Part shown: positions 13,193 through 24,251 of the stretch, piece after piece | How positions within the stretch are numbered: position 1 is the stretch's first letter | Layout of the letters: the number at the start of each line of letters is the position of its first letter | Source of the DNA: Eledone cirrhosa | Lineage: Eukaryota | Length of the DNA stretch: 64,000 nucleotides | Assembly: GCA_964016885.1 (NCBI GenBank) | Contig: OZ024743.1 | Span: forward strand, 318,246,001 to 318,310,000 | Direction: 5' to 3' | The notes under the pieces: model-generated | The model's database searches: none | Told to the model about the DNA's origin: nothing | The model's input: only the letters and a program-made list of their open reading frames with translations | Program-made: the position numbers and the translations under genes

Positions 13193-14182
13193 CTAGAAAT
13201 AATTAAAAATTAAAAAACAAATAAAGAGAAATTTCAATCTAATGAAAATAACAAAATTAAATTGTAACAATTAAGAAAGAATGTGATTACTAATACAAAC
13301 TGCCAAAATGTGGGTGCAATCCAAAGGGTCTTTGGAGTAACGATTCTCGATACAGTGCATAACTCAGAGATCAGAGCTCCAATACTATGGCTATGTGGTT
13401 AAAATGTCTCAGGAAATAATTGCTGGACAGATTTTATGGGCAAAACCAATTGGCAGGAGACTCAAGGGTAGACCCTGAGTAAGATGATTGGATAAAATCC
13501 ATGAGCTTGGTTGGTCTCGCTTGGGGATCCTGTTGTATCAATTGGAGACAGTTGCTTCTAACAGGACCCACTGGAAGGACTCTGCCTCCACAACCCTCCC
13601 AGCAATGAGTGGGTGAAGAAGAAACTGTAATGAATTAAATAGAATGATGATGATGATGATGATGACTAAGTTATTTGAAACAACTATAATAAAGGGGAAA
13701 TAATGTTTAAAATGTTCATACCAAGTCTTTCTCTCTATACAATAGAATATAATCTTAGATGAGAGATACTCTCCACCAAATTAGGAAGGTGATGTCTGAA
13801 GAAGGACTCCTGCAAGATAGAATGGCTGATGTAATGTGCACTGCTGGCTGTTTTTCCATATCAATGCTTTCACCATCTTGTCTGTGGTGCAAGTTGAGAC
13901 ATTCAACCACTAGGCCACCCACCTTCACATTTTGCCATAATGATATCATATATGTATATGAAAAGTTAGAAAGCTATTATTACCAAATTCATAATGTAAA
14001 GATGAAAACTAACCTCCAATAAGTTTATGTTACTAAAAAATATTAGCAACTCTCAGCAATATTAAATCCTTAACAGCCTAAAACACTAGCATAAAATATT
14101 GGCCTTGTGGTAAGAATTTTGAACTCATGTCAAAAGGTTGTGGATTGGATTCCTGGATTAAGTGATATATTGTGTTCTTTAA

Positions 14183-14390
14183 CCCCTTAGCATTTAAACT
14201 GGCCATATCCGCTTGGAATTCTCTCACCTCTTTCTGTTCAAACCAGCTGTATCCAGCCGCTCATACTGATGTTAAGGTATTGTTCTCAAAATAAATAATA
14301 TCAAAATCTCATAGATTCGATATTATGTGAGATAAAGCCATTACCATGAAAGTACAATAGTAAATATAGAGTAATGTAAATGCTAAAGGG
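14183..14390. mobile_element. piggyBac-like MITE (copies at 17203-17422, 34156-34353)
   Basis: TTAA|CCCCTTAGCATTTA...TAAATGCTAAAGGG|TTAA; three similar ~200-bp copies. Confidence 0.85.
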
Positions 14391-14452
14391 TTAACAAAAT
14401 TCTTTATTTCATGCTGCTCTTTCTGCCAGGAGTTGCAACTGATAGATTGCAT

Positions 14453-16810
14453 TCATCATCATCATCATCATCACCGTTTTACGTCCGTTCTTCCACGCTA
14501 GCATGGGTTAGACGGGTTGTCCTGTTGTGGGCAGTGTCTGGTCGGCTGACCATGCCTTGCTCATACAGGAACTGATCTGGCTTGATTTCTACAGCTGGAT
14601 GCCCTTCCTAACACCAACCTCATTTACAGTGAGTGCTGGGTGCTTTTTCGTGGCGCCTACACGTCCACTTTACAGTGTGGGCTGGGTGCTTTTTTGCCGT
14701 GGCACCTCCACGACCACCTTGCGGTGGGGGGGGGGGGGGCATATTGTTTATATGCTTCAGCATGTACCCATGGGAGGTCGGGTACCCTGTATTACTGCGT
14801 GACGCCAGAAGTCACGGTCGTGTGTCATTGACTTTGAGAGGTGTAGTTGGGTAAGGTCGGCTTTTATCACCTCATCCCAAGTCATCTTGGGTCTCCCCAC
14901 TCCGCGGTTTCCATCAACTTCTAGTGCTCTGCACCTTTTTATGCAGCTGTCATCCTTCATACGCATCACATGTCCATACCAGCGTAACCGCCTCTCCTGC
15001 ACGCAGCATTTGATTCCTCTTATGCTCAGTCTCTCTCTCAATTCATTTATGCTTTGTCGTTCACGTATATTACTGTTACACATCCATCGGAGCATGCAGG
15101 CTTCGTTTCTCTCTAATCTACGTAAGTCTTCCACCTTCAGCGCCCAGGTCTCACTACCATGCAACATCGCTGTTCGGATACACGCATCATACAGTCTGCC
15201 TTTCATTCTGAGGGAGAAGCCTTTTGCAGCTAGCAGTGGTAGTAGTTCCCTAAACTTCTTCCATCCCGTTCTTACCCTAGTTATTGTACTTTCTGAGCAC
15301 CCACCTCCGTTGCTAATTCGGTCACCTAGGTAGCAGAAGCTGTCTACTGTTTCTACAGGGCCCTCCCAGAGATTGGTGGTACTTGTTTCCTGTGGCTGTT
15401 TGCTTGCTGTTTCAGCACAGCTGCTGCATGTGAATCCTACATTCTTAATTAAGCTTCCTGAGATCCCGCTACATCTCTTGTGTACCCATTGTTTGCATTT
15501 GGGGCAAAGAATGGAGTTCCTACCTACACCTTTCCTACATACTGAGCAAGGCCATTTCCCTGAGGGGATCTGGGTTCTGTTTTCTCGTCTACTTATAAGG
15601 ACCTTAGTCTTTGTCATGTTGACTTTGAGGCCCTTTCTCTCTAGTCCCTGCTTCCAGGTTTGGAATTTATTCTCTAGTTCTACCATAGATTCAGCTATGA
15701 GTGTGAGGTCATCAGCATACAGGAGTTCCCATGGGCATCCGGTCTTAAACTCCTCCGTTATTGCCTGCAGGACTATGATGAACAGGAGAGGGCTAAGAAC
15801 AGAGCCCTGGTGGACCCCAACCTGTACGCTAAATTCCTCGCTATACTCATTGCCAATCCTAACTTTGCTGACTGCTCCCCTATACATGGCTTGTACCGCT
15901 TTCACAAGCCATTCATCTACTCCTAGTTTTCTAAGAGCCCACCAGATTACTGCACGTGGAACTCTGTCAAAGGCTTTCTCAAGGTCGACAAATGCCAAGT
16001 AGAGTGGCTTACTTTTAGCTAGGTACTTTTCCTGTAATTGCCTCACAAGGAAGAGCGCATCAGTGGTGCCTTTCCCTGGAACAAACCCAAATTGCATCTC
16101 GTCTATATTCACCCGGTCCCTAATCAGCTGTGCTATAACTCTTTCTGTTACTTTCATGACCTGGTCCATCAACTTTATACCTCTATAGTTTCCTCTATCT
16201 AGTGCATCGCCTTTACCTTTGTAGCAGTTGACAATGATGCTACTGCACCAATCTTTTGGTATGGCCCCCTCTAGTATTACCTGGTTAACGATACGTGTGG
16301 TTATAGTGTGACCTACAGACCCAGATGCCTTCAGCATCTCGGCAGCTATACCCGATGGACCGGTTGCCTTCCCTATCTTCATATCTCTGATTGCCTTACT
16401 TACTACGCTGCCGCTGACTTGTACTGCTGGTCCCTCTATAGGGTCTACGTGGGGTAGGGTCTCTTCTTCCCATGCATTCTCCTCATTTAGTAATCTATCA
16501 TAATGACTCTTCCATGCATCTTTCTTCTCAGCACTTGTGAGGGCAAGCTCACCTTTATCATTCCGGATACACTTCTCTCCAATGACATCACAACTATCTC
16601 TGACACACTGCCTCGCAATCTTGAATACCTCCTGTTTCTGGTCCTCACGTTGTAAAACATGCTTGAATTTTCTATCCTCTGCTTCCCTCCTAGCTAAGTA
16701 TACTTGTCGCCTAGCTTCCCTCTTGGTCTCTATGTAATGTACCCTGCTCCCCCCGTTCTTCCATTCTTTCCATGCCTGTCTCTTGGCCTTGACTGCTTCA
16801 TCTACCTTAT
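14453..16810 (-). mobile_element. Young 5'-truncated RTE LINE with uninterrupted RT-PHD-thumb ORF (ORF track 14757-16853)
   Basis: AFVDLEKAFD, GVHQGSVLSP, LLYADD, C4HC3 finger, YLGD; endonuclease absent; 3' UTR plus (ATG)n tail. Confidence 0.97.
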
Positions 16811-17938
16811 TAGCAATGGGAAGTCCAATGGAAATATAGCTTCCTTGATCCAATATGATGATGGTACCTTTCCCTTTTTATACTTCTGAGTAATACATAC
16901 ACATAAGATAAAAGAGAGACATCATGATTTTTATGTCTGTTTTCCCATACTAAGTAAATATTGATGGTCTAGTGTCGTGAGATGTAACTAAATGCACTGC
17001 AAAATACTAAGATTAAGTTTTAAGATGTGAAAAATACAAACTGAAATTCTTCTGAAAGTTCATATATAGCTGTCAAAGTGACAAACAAGTAAAGTTTAAT
17101 AACAAGATTCGTGAAAATAACACCAATGTCAAATCTGTTACTTCTGCACTCAGTTTATTTTGGCTAATTATGTTAGATGTGTCATTAAATTTTGTGTTTT
17201 AACCTTTTAGCATATAAACCGCCCATATTCGGCCAGAATTCTCCCACCTTTTTCTGTTGAAACTGGCTGTAACTGGCCACGCATACTGATGTTAGGGTAT
17301 TGTTCTCAAAATAAATAACATTAAAATCTCATCAATTCGATATTAAGTGTGATATTATGTGAGATACAGCCTTTACTATGAAAATGCAATAGTATATATA
17401 GAGTAATGTGAATACAAAAGGGTTAAATTTAATCTATGTTAGGCTAATATGTATGAAAAACTATTTTGAATAAATTTTCAAATGTATGGTACAAAGTGCA
17501 CCAGCATTTTTTTTACTTTTTCAAAAATGTGCCATGGGTAAAAAAGTTAGTGGTAAGGGTGCTTGGCTCAATCATACAGTCATGGTTTTGATACCCTGAC
17601 TGGGGCAGCATGGTGCGTTCTCAAACAAGACACTTTATTTCACATTATTCCACTCCACTCAAGTAAAAAGAAATGAGTAACAACAGCAACCAGGGGTTAA
17701 CTCAGAGGTGTACTGGCTTCCAATTCAGAAACATGTTTTGTACTTTTAGTCCCTTAATACCAATGAAACTGGAATAAACTCCAACCTGATAAGCATCTAC
17801 AATGGGTTAGAGCAGATATTAACTAACTTGACTTTTCCATGCTAGCATGGGTTGGATAAATCTTTTTGAGGAATATTTTCTATGGCCAGATACCAGCCTA
17901 TAATTTAATTATTAGTATGGTATATAGTGATGACCTAC

Positions 17939-18016
17939 ATCGAACTGCTGAGCTACACGACATATTGCTGATGCAGAACATAAACAAACGTCACCACTTG
18001 CTTTTAAAGTGTTGAT
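17939..18016 (-). CDS. Candidate upstream ORF part 3 (INTLKASGDVCLCSASAICRVAQQFD)
   Basis: ctttctttcag|ATC...GAT|gtaggt, 78 nt; only phase 0 is open. Confidence 0.55.
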
Positions 18017-18177
18017 CTGAAAGAAAGTATAGTGACAGACAGACAGATACACACACACACATTTATATATATATATATATACTACAAAGGAAGTGTGTTA
18101 AGGAACCAGGTGGACCATAACGCACCAGAGTACTCAATACTTAGGGTAGTAGAGTGGGTAATAGGAAAAAGTTCAAG

Positions 18178-18271
18178 ACCCCGATGGCAGAGCTCGAGCC
18201 GTTTCGACGGCAATTTCTGGACTAAATTAGATTTTTAGCATGGTAATAAATAGCCAAACTTTTCAAGGGGT
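18178..18271 (-). ncRNA. Hammerhead, U3-A8 core variant
   Basis: Minus: ACCCC-TTGAAAA-GTTTGGCTATTT...AAATTGCCGTC-GAAACGGC...GCCATC-GGGGT. Confidence 0.72.
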
Positions 18272-19085
18272 AATTCCTTATATAGGAAGATTGGTGTTGT
18301 CAAAATTTCTTGTAAAAACAATTAAATCTTTCATGGCGGTGGGTGGGAGATGGTGGTGGCTGAACTTGCCTGTAGAACAATGGGGGAGTGGGTGGAGCCG
18401 GTCAAGCGTTGAAAGTGAATTCTATACAGCAAATTCTAAGGAGTGTGGAAGAAATTAGACTAGTAAGGAAGCAGGCGAAAAAATAATTCTAGAGGAATCT
18501 GAGAGTGGGAAGTTATAAAATTAAAAAGTTAATAAATTGAAATTAAACTGCATGTAAACACCGATTGCGTAGGACTTACCTCGCCCTCAAACCCCCTTCA
18601 TGACCCGAGTGGGTAGACAATGGCTGTAACAACCTTCTTTTCCCCACTTGCTGAACAAGATAGGGGAAACCCCAGCATACATAGTATGTACTTTTCTTTT
18701 TTCCCTTCATCTCTTCTTCTCACTTGCTTCCACTCCCTCTCCTCTTCCGCTCACCCTGAGGCAGCCCATCGGGCTTTTGTAGCCTCAGTACCCCCACCCC
18801 AGTAAATTCTATATAGCATTGGCCGAAAAAGCAATACCAGCTAAAAATATAGTAGCTGTTTTAGACTCTAGTTTTTTCGCCTGCTTTCTAACTAGCCTAA
18901 TTTCTTTCACACTCCTTAGAATTTGCTGTATAGAATTCACTTTCAACGCTTGACCGGCTCCACCCACTCCCTCATTGTTCTACAGGCAAGTTCAGCCACC
19001 ACCATCTCCCATTAAAAATTTAATTGTTTTTACAAGAAATTTTGACCAATCCTTTTGACAAATACAATCTTCCATATAAGGAATT

Positions 19086-19179
19086 ACCCCTTGAAAAGTT
19101 CGGCTATTTATTACCATGCTAAAAATCTAATTTAGTCCAGAAATAGCCGTCGAAACGGCTCAAGCTCTGCCGTCAGTCT
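19086..19179 (+). ncRNA. Hammerhead, U3-A8 core variant, stem I damaged
   Basis: ACCCC-TTGAAAA-GTTCGGCTATTT...AAATAGCCGTC-GAAACGGC...GCCGTC-agtct. Confidence 0.65.
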
Positions 19180-19521
19180 CTTGAACTTTTTCATATATAT
19201 ATATATATATATATATCTATATCCAAAATTAAGATAAAATAAATTAAATGAATTTAATCTAAATCGAAATTGTGGGTGTCATGTCATAAGGCATGCGCCA
19301 TATATCCTGGAAATTAAGCTCTAAGATAAATCTGAGCATATTATAATAACTGAACTCGTTCTGTAAGGACGGATAGCTGGACATTATTACACTTTCCTTG
19401 TTGACAATCCAATAATATCCACTTTCCGTGACTTACCATCTGATTAATTGGTGAAATATATTTCTTTAATGGGATATATACAAGGAAGGTTAATCATACT
19501 TAAAGGTAAATATTACTTATA

Positions 19522-19550
19522 CTAGCTATGCGTGGTTACACGCGGGCTAA
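19522..19550 (-). mobile_element. Possible isolated Helitron 3' end
   Basis: Minus: GCGTG taac CACGC atag CTAG|T; no clear 5' end. Confidence 0.4.
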
Positions 19551-19622
19551 AATTATCTCCTGTGATTATTCATGTATATTTATATGTTAATCAATTTCTA
19601 GTTATTATATATATATATATAA

Positions 19623-20296
19623 TCATCATCATCATCATCGTTTAACGTCCATCTTCCACGCTTGCATGGGTTTGGACAGGAGTTTTCCCACTTGAGGCAA
19701 GATTGGTTGTCCTGCTCGTATAGGACTGTCTGGCGGGTTTTCTACAGCTGGATGCCCTTCCTAACACCAACCACGCTTACAGTGTGGACTGGGAGGTTTT
19801 TACTGTGTTACCTACACGGCCACATTAGTGTGGACTGTGTTTTTTTGTCGTGACACCTACACGACCTCATTTGTTTCGGACTGGATGTTGTGGTACCGAC
19901 ATAACTTCACATTGAAGGGGGTGGTGTGGATGGGGTGGGGGTAGTGGGACAGGGGTGTATTTTTGTTAGAGGTGCCTACTGACTGTAGTAGGTTTCACTT
20001 TGTACTTAGGTAAGGCGGGTCTTCTGTATTACTGTGTAGCGCCAAAGATCTCGGTCCAGTGACATTGTCTTGGAGAGGTGTGTGTGAGGTCGGAATTTAT
20101 CAAGTCGTCCCAGGTTTTTCTGGGTCAGCCTACTCCGTGGCTACCGTCTATTTTTATCGCCCTGCACTTTTTTATACAGCTGTCGTCTTTCATGCGCATC
20201 ATGTGACCGTACCAATGTAGTCTTCTCTCGAGTAAACATCTGATCCCTCTTATTCCGAATTTCTCCCTTAGTTCATTTATGCTTTGCCGTTCACGT
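19623..20296 (-). mobile_element. RTE LINE 3' fragment
   Basis: Near-identical to 210-750 but without that copy's deletion; (TA)n on both sides. Confidence 0.92.
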
Positions 20297-20318
20297 ATAT
20301 ATATATATATTTATTTGT

Positions 20319-20492
20319 TAAAATAACAGATTAAAGTTTAAGCAAAGATCGCTGCTTAAAGTAGCGATTCTTTGCTTAAACTTTAATCTGTTATTTTAAT
20401 AAATATTTGCTCTACGGTTCTTATATATCTGATATATATTTATCCTTATCGAGCCCTCTTTGGATTTTAGTCTTCAAATTTATTATTATTAC
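20319..20492 (+). mobile_element. Penelope-like 3' terminus with fold-back, in (TA)n
   Basis: About 20360-20492 is the reverse complement of 21567-21700; 20319-20358 is its inverted partial copy. Confidence 0.85.
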
Positions 20493-20696
20493 TATATATA
20501 TATACACACACATATATATATATATAGTTATACTTTGGGAGGGTCATGCTGCCAATAAAAACACATGCACCTGTTGGTTTTCACTTCAATTTATTATAAA
20601 TTTCCATTGGTTGGTTGGTTGGTTCGATAACCGGATGGCTGTTTATATATTGTCAAAGCTCTTTCGTCACACATTCTTCTGTATGTATATATCATA

Positions 20697-21120
20697 ATCA
20701 TCATCATCATTATCGTTTAACATCCATATTCCACGCTTGCATGGGTTTGGACGGGAGTTTTCCCACTTGCGGCAAGAGTGGTTGTCTTGCTCGCATAGGA
20801 CTGTCTGGCGGTGTATTTTGTTAGAGGTGCCTACTGACTGTAGTAGGTTTCACTTTGTACTTAGGTAAGGCGGGTCTTCTCTATTACTGTGTAGCGCCAA
20901 AGATCTCGGTCCAGTGACATTGTCTTGGAGAGGTTAAGTGTGTGAGGTCGGAATTTATCAAGTCGTCCCAGGTTTTTCTGGGTCTGTCTACTCCGTGGCT
21001 ACCGTCTATTTTTATTGCCCTGCACTTTTTTATACAGCTGTCGTCTTTCATGCGCATCACGTGACCATACCAACGTAGTCTTCTCTCGAGTAAACAACAT
21101 CTGATCCCTCTTATTTCTAA
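20697..21120 (-). mobile_element. RTE LINE 3' fragment with 3' UTR deletion
   Basis: RRLRWYGHVMRM...RPRKTW; same subfamily as 210-1084. Confidence 0.9.
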
Positions 21121-21374
21121 TATATATATATATATATAAAAATGAGGTAAATATCTCATTGAGCACTAAGTACACACTATATATTCTCCAATCTATGTAG
21201 AGAAAAAAATTTGTTGTTGCTTACTGCTATTTTTTTAGCAGCCAAGCCATCAACAAGTCTATAATATTCCCGCTTGCTCTAGTGGCCAGGTCATGTATGG
21301 CTATAGCCCATACGAGCTGGTAGTTAGCATTATATTTGCTGACCATGGGACAAATGTCCTATAGAAAGGAAATA

Positions 21375-21453
21375 GCTATCTGATGAAATCTGCTTTCCGT
21401 TGGAAATTCTCTGAATTTCCAATTTTTTGTGGATAGAAACCGCCGGTAATAGC
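21375..21453 (+). ncRNA. Type I hammerhead ribozyme in a (TA)n-flanked unit of about 21137-21535
   Basis: GCTAT-CTGATGA-aATCTGC...GTGGATa-GAAACCGCCGGTA-ATAGC; first pair of stem II is an A-A mismatch. Confidence 0.78.
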
Positions 21454-21531
21454 AGTATGAACAGGTAGATATTTAAATTATTTTTTAATTTATTTAAAGG
21501 ATTGTTTAATGTTTGTTTGTTCTGCTCATCA

Positions 21532-21569
<38 letters not shown>

Positions 21570-21675
21570 ATAATAATAAAATTGAAGACTAAAATCCAAA
21601 GAGGGCTCGATAAGGAAAATATATATCAAATATATAAGAACCGAAGAGCAAATATTTATTAAAATAACAGATTAA

Positions 21676-21726
21676 AGTTTAAGCAAAGAATCGCTGCTTT
21701 CACCCTTAACGGGATCTTCTGAAACT
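21676..21726 (-). ncRNA. Hammerhead-like motif with CAGAAGA core in the Penelope 3' repeat
   Basis: Minus: AGTTT-CAGAAGA-tCCC gttaa GGGt-GAAAGCAG...TTGCTT-AAACT. Confidence 0.55.
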
Positions 21727-22653
21727 AACAAAGTCAATCTGTAAACGCAGAACTGGATATTTCAAAAAACGTTGCAACCGGAGGAAGACAGGAAGACGAT
21801 ACTTTGGTTCGTGGTAACGTTCGCTGGCAAAGAACGGGAAAAAACGAATAATACGTCATTAATAGGAGCGGTGAAAAACGATTACGCGCAAAGACAAAAC
21901 CACGTTTATGGTATAAAAGAGGTCGTAGACTAATGTTCTCTAGGTGGTGCATAGAGACGTTCTCTGGCAATGAACGAAAAAACGAAGATAATAAGTCATA
22001 TGTGGAGCGTGGAGAACAAAAGCACGCAAAGACAAAACCACGTAAATGGTATAGCAGAAGTCGTAGACTAAAATTCTAACTAGGAGACCAAATGAATCTC
22101 CTCTACAGAGTTAAGAACAAAGTAAATAAATACAATACAGAAGTAATAGAAACAAATAAATACATACACGCAAACAGATATGTACATACACAAGCATACG
22201 CAAAACCTTACCATAGGTATACAAAACCACGCACATATAAATATGTGTGTGTGTGTATGCTTGTGTACAAATAAATAAATAATTATATAAACGTATATAA
22301 GTAAATAAATACGTATATAACAAGCGCGCACACACACCTACATATAAATACACGAATGTTCGGTGACGTAAGTCAACTAAAACAAGAAGTACACATATAC
22401 ACACACCCACCATACGTACGAACCTGCATACTCACTCGGACGCAAAACTCCCGTATACACATAGCCAAACCCTAAATACCAGAATATGTAAAAATGATAC
22501 GCCATAACAGTCAAATATACGTACGAGAAGGTATACATACCTTCACAAAACATATGGGTAATATATACTTACCTATGCAAATAAGTAATGGTATAAACAA
22601 AACATATACTTAGCTCCCACATCAAGACGTAAAATATCCACGTATAGATCATG

Positions 22654-23469
22654 CTATCTGTTAGGGTATAACGTGGGGCTGTAATACAGGAAAGTTTTGT
22701 GCAATTTATGTTTACAAGCAGAAATTGCCTCAGATTTTTTGTTTAAGATGTGGTCTGTGGCGTAGAGTATTTCTAGGGCCTCAGCGGCGCAGAGGTCACA
22801 TGGTCTTTTATTTCCGTTATACGATCTAGCCCTAGCTAGGATCTCCCAGTGTAACTTATATTGGGTGTGGTTGTCTTTTAGACTCCAGATATAAGCTGAA
22901 AGTGACGTCATATTCCTTCTTAGAGGGTAACGAAAAGAATGGGTATGCATGTAAAGACGCTGCTTGAAACTATTGGCGGTTAACCCTATGTAGGCCCTAC
23001 GGGACGTGGGTGTTACAACTTTACATTTGTAGACAATGTTACTAGAGAGGCATTTCCCGGATAGGGGGCAATCAGCCCGATTCCTACAATTACAGTTAGT
23101 ACTAACTACAGGGTTGCACGTGTTCCTACGGTTAGGTAGTTTAGCTAAATTTGAAGCTGTGATGTTATGTGCAAGGTTAGGAGTCGTAGAGTAAGAAATT
23201 TTAATAGTATTTCTATTAAAAATTTTACTATATTTATGTGTAGGGGGAAAATGCTTCGTAATAAGGGAAAGAAAGATCTTAGCTAATGGTGTGGCCACCT
23301 CCATATTATATGGTGGGTTAAACCAACAAATGCGACGGGATCTATTTCTTCTAGGTCTATTTTCATACTCTGTATATGCTGCCTTATCGACAAATCCACT
23401 TCGAGCAAGAGCTTCATTGTAATAAGTGGAATGGTCGTTGAAAATGCGCTCGTTGGTGGAAAGACGTTT
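22654..23469 (-). CDS. Penelope-like ORF C-terminus: RT thumb, Zn linker, GIY-YIG endonuclease
   Basis: Open from the truncation point: WFNPPY, KIFNRNTIKISYS, CNCxxxxxCPLSGKC, IVYKC...YIGLT...FKQR..H, CDLC..E, LNKKSE...CKH. Confidence 0.92.
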   Translation of the reverse strand, partial: KRLSTNERIFNDHSTYYNEALARSGFVDKAAYTEYENRPRRNRSRRICWFNPPYNMEVATPLAKIFLSLITKHFPPTHKYSKIFNRNTIKISYSTTPNLAHNITASNLAKLPNRRNTCNPVVSTNCNCRNRADCPLSGKCLSSNIVYKCKVVTPTSRRAYIGLTANSFKQRLYMHTHSFRYPLRRNMTSLSAYIWSLKDNHTQYKLHWEILARARSYNGNKRPCDLCAAEALEILYATDHILNKKSEAISACKHKLHKTFLYYSPTLYPNR

Positions 23470-23571
23470 GCTTAAACTTTAATCTGTTATTTTAATAAAT
23501 ATATATATATATATATATATATAATTATTAATTCAAAATATTAACAAAATAGATATTCTTGTGATTAAGTA

Positions 23572-23638
23572 TATTTTATTATACATATTTCAGAGGTACT
23601 GAGTTAACTTCAACAGTACGTCCTCATCAGATAAAATA
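23572..23638 (-). ncRNA. Type I hammerhead ribozyme, inverted copy
   Basis: Reverse complement of 24048-24114. Confidence 0.88.
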
Positions 23639-24047
23639 AGATGATGCATGACATACCCTAACATAGTAGATGGTTAAGATTCAGTCATGGTAGTGAGTAA
23701 TATATGACAAAACTCAATATTTATATACCTTAATATTGAGAACATGAGAAAAATATATAATACATACAATAGAGAGCGTGCGTGTGAGACAGCTTAAAAA
23801 ATACTTGGCATCAATATAACTGTTAAATAATTTAAATTACTGAAGAAATTTAAATTATTTAACAGTTATATTGATGCCATGTATTCTTTTAAGCTGTCTC
23901 ACACGCACGCTCTCTATTGTATGTATTATATATTTTTCTCATGTTCTCAATATTAAGGTATATAAATATTGAGTTTTGTCATATATTACTCACTACCATG
24001 ACTGAATCTTAACCATCTACTATGCCAGGGTATGCCATGCATCATCT

Positions 24048-24114
24048 TATTTTATCTGATGAGGACGTACTGTTGAAGTTAACTCAGTACCTCTGAAATA
24101 TGTATAATAAAATA
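24048..24114 (+). ncRNA. Type I hammerhead ribozyme, canonical core
   Basis: TATTTTAT-CTGATGA-GGACGTACTG...CAGTACCTCT-GAAATATGTATA-ATAAAATA; 8-bp stem I, AUA site. Confidence 0.88.
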
Positions 24115-24251
24115 TACTTGATCACAAGAATATCTATTTTGTTAATATTTTGAATTAATATTAATAACTCTGGAAAACCATTTCTGTTGAGTGCTTCCAA
24201 TCTATTGTAAAACTCATTCTTTGATTTATTCATTGAACCTTGTTTATCTTT

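Larger units (their letters stand above)
18082..19192. mobile_element. Fold-back Penelope-like unit with ~320-bp inverted arms in (TA)n
   Basis: About 18165-18482 is the reverse complement of about 18872-19192; a variant hammerhead lies in each arm. Confidence 0.8.
21567..23500 (-). mobile_element. 5'-truncated Penelope-like retroelement (Naiad-like) in (TA)n, with a short inverted terminal piece
   Basis: GIY-YIG ORF, ~1.1-kb 3' UTR, (TA)n on both sides; 23467-23500 is an inverted copy of about 21655-21688. Confidence 0.92.

Noticed and set aside
14887-16002. Long plus-strand ORFs of 148 and 209 aa
   Set aside because: Antisense shadows of the RTE ORF.
22654-23469. Selenoprotein-type Penelope ORF
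   Set aside because: No in-frame TGA in the surviving segment; the Zn ligands seen are ordinary Cys/His.
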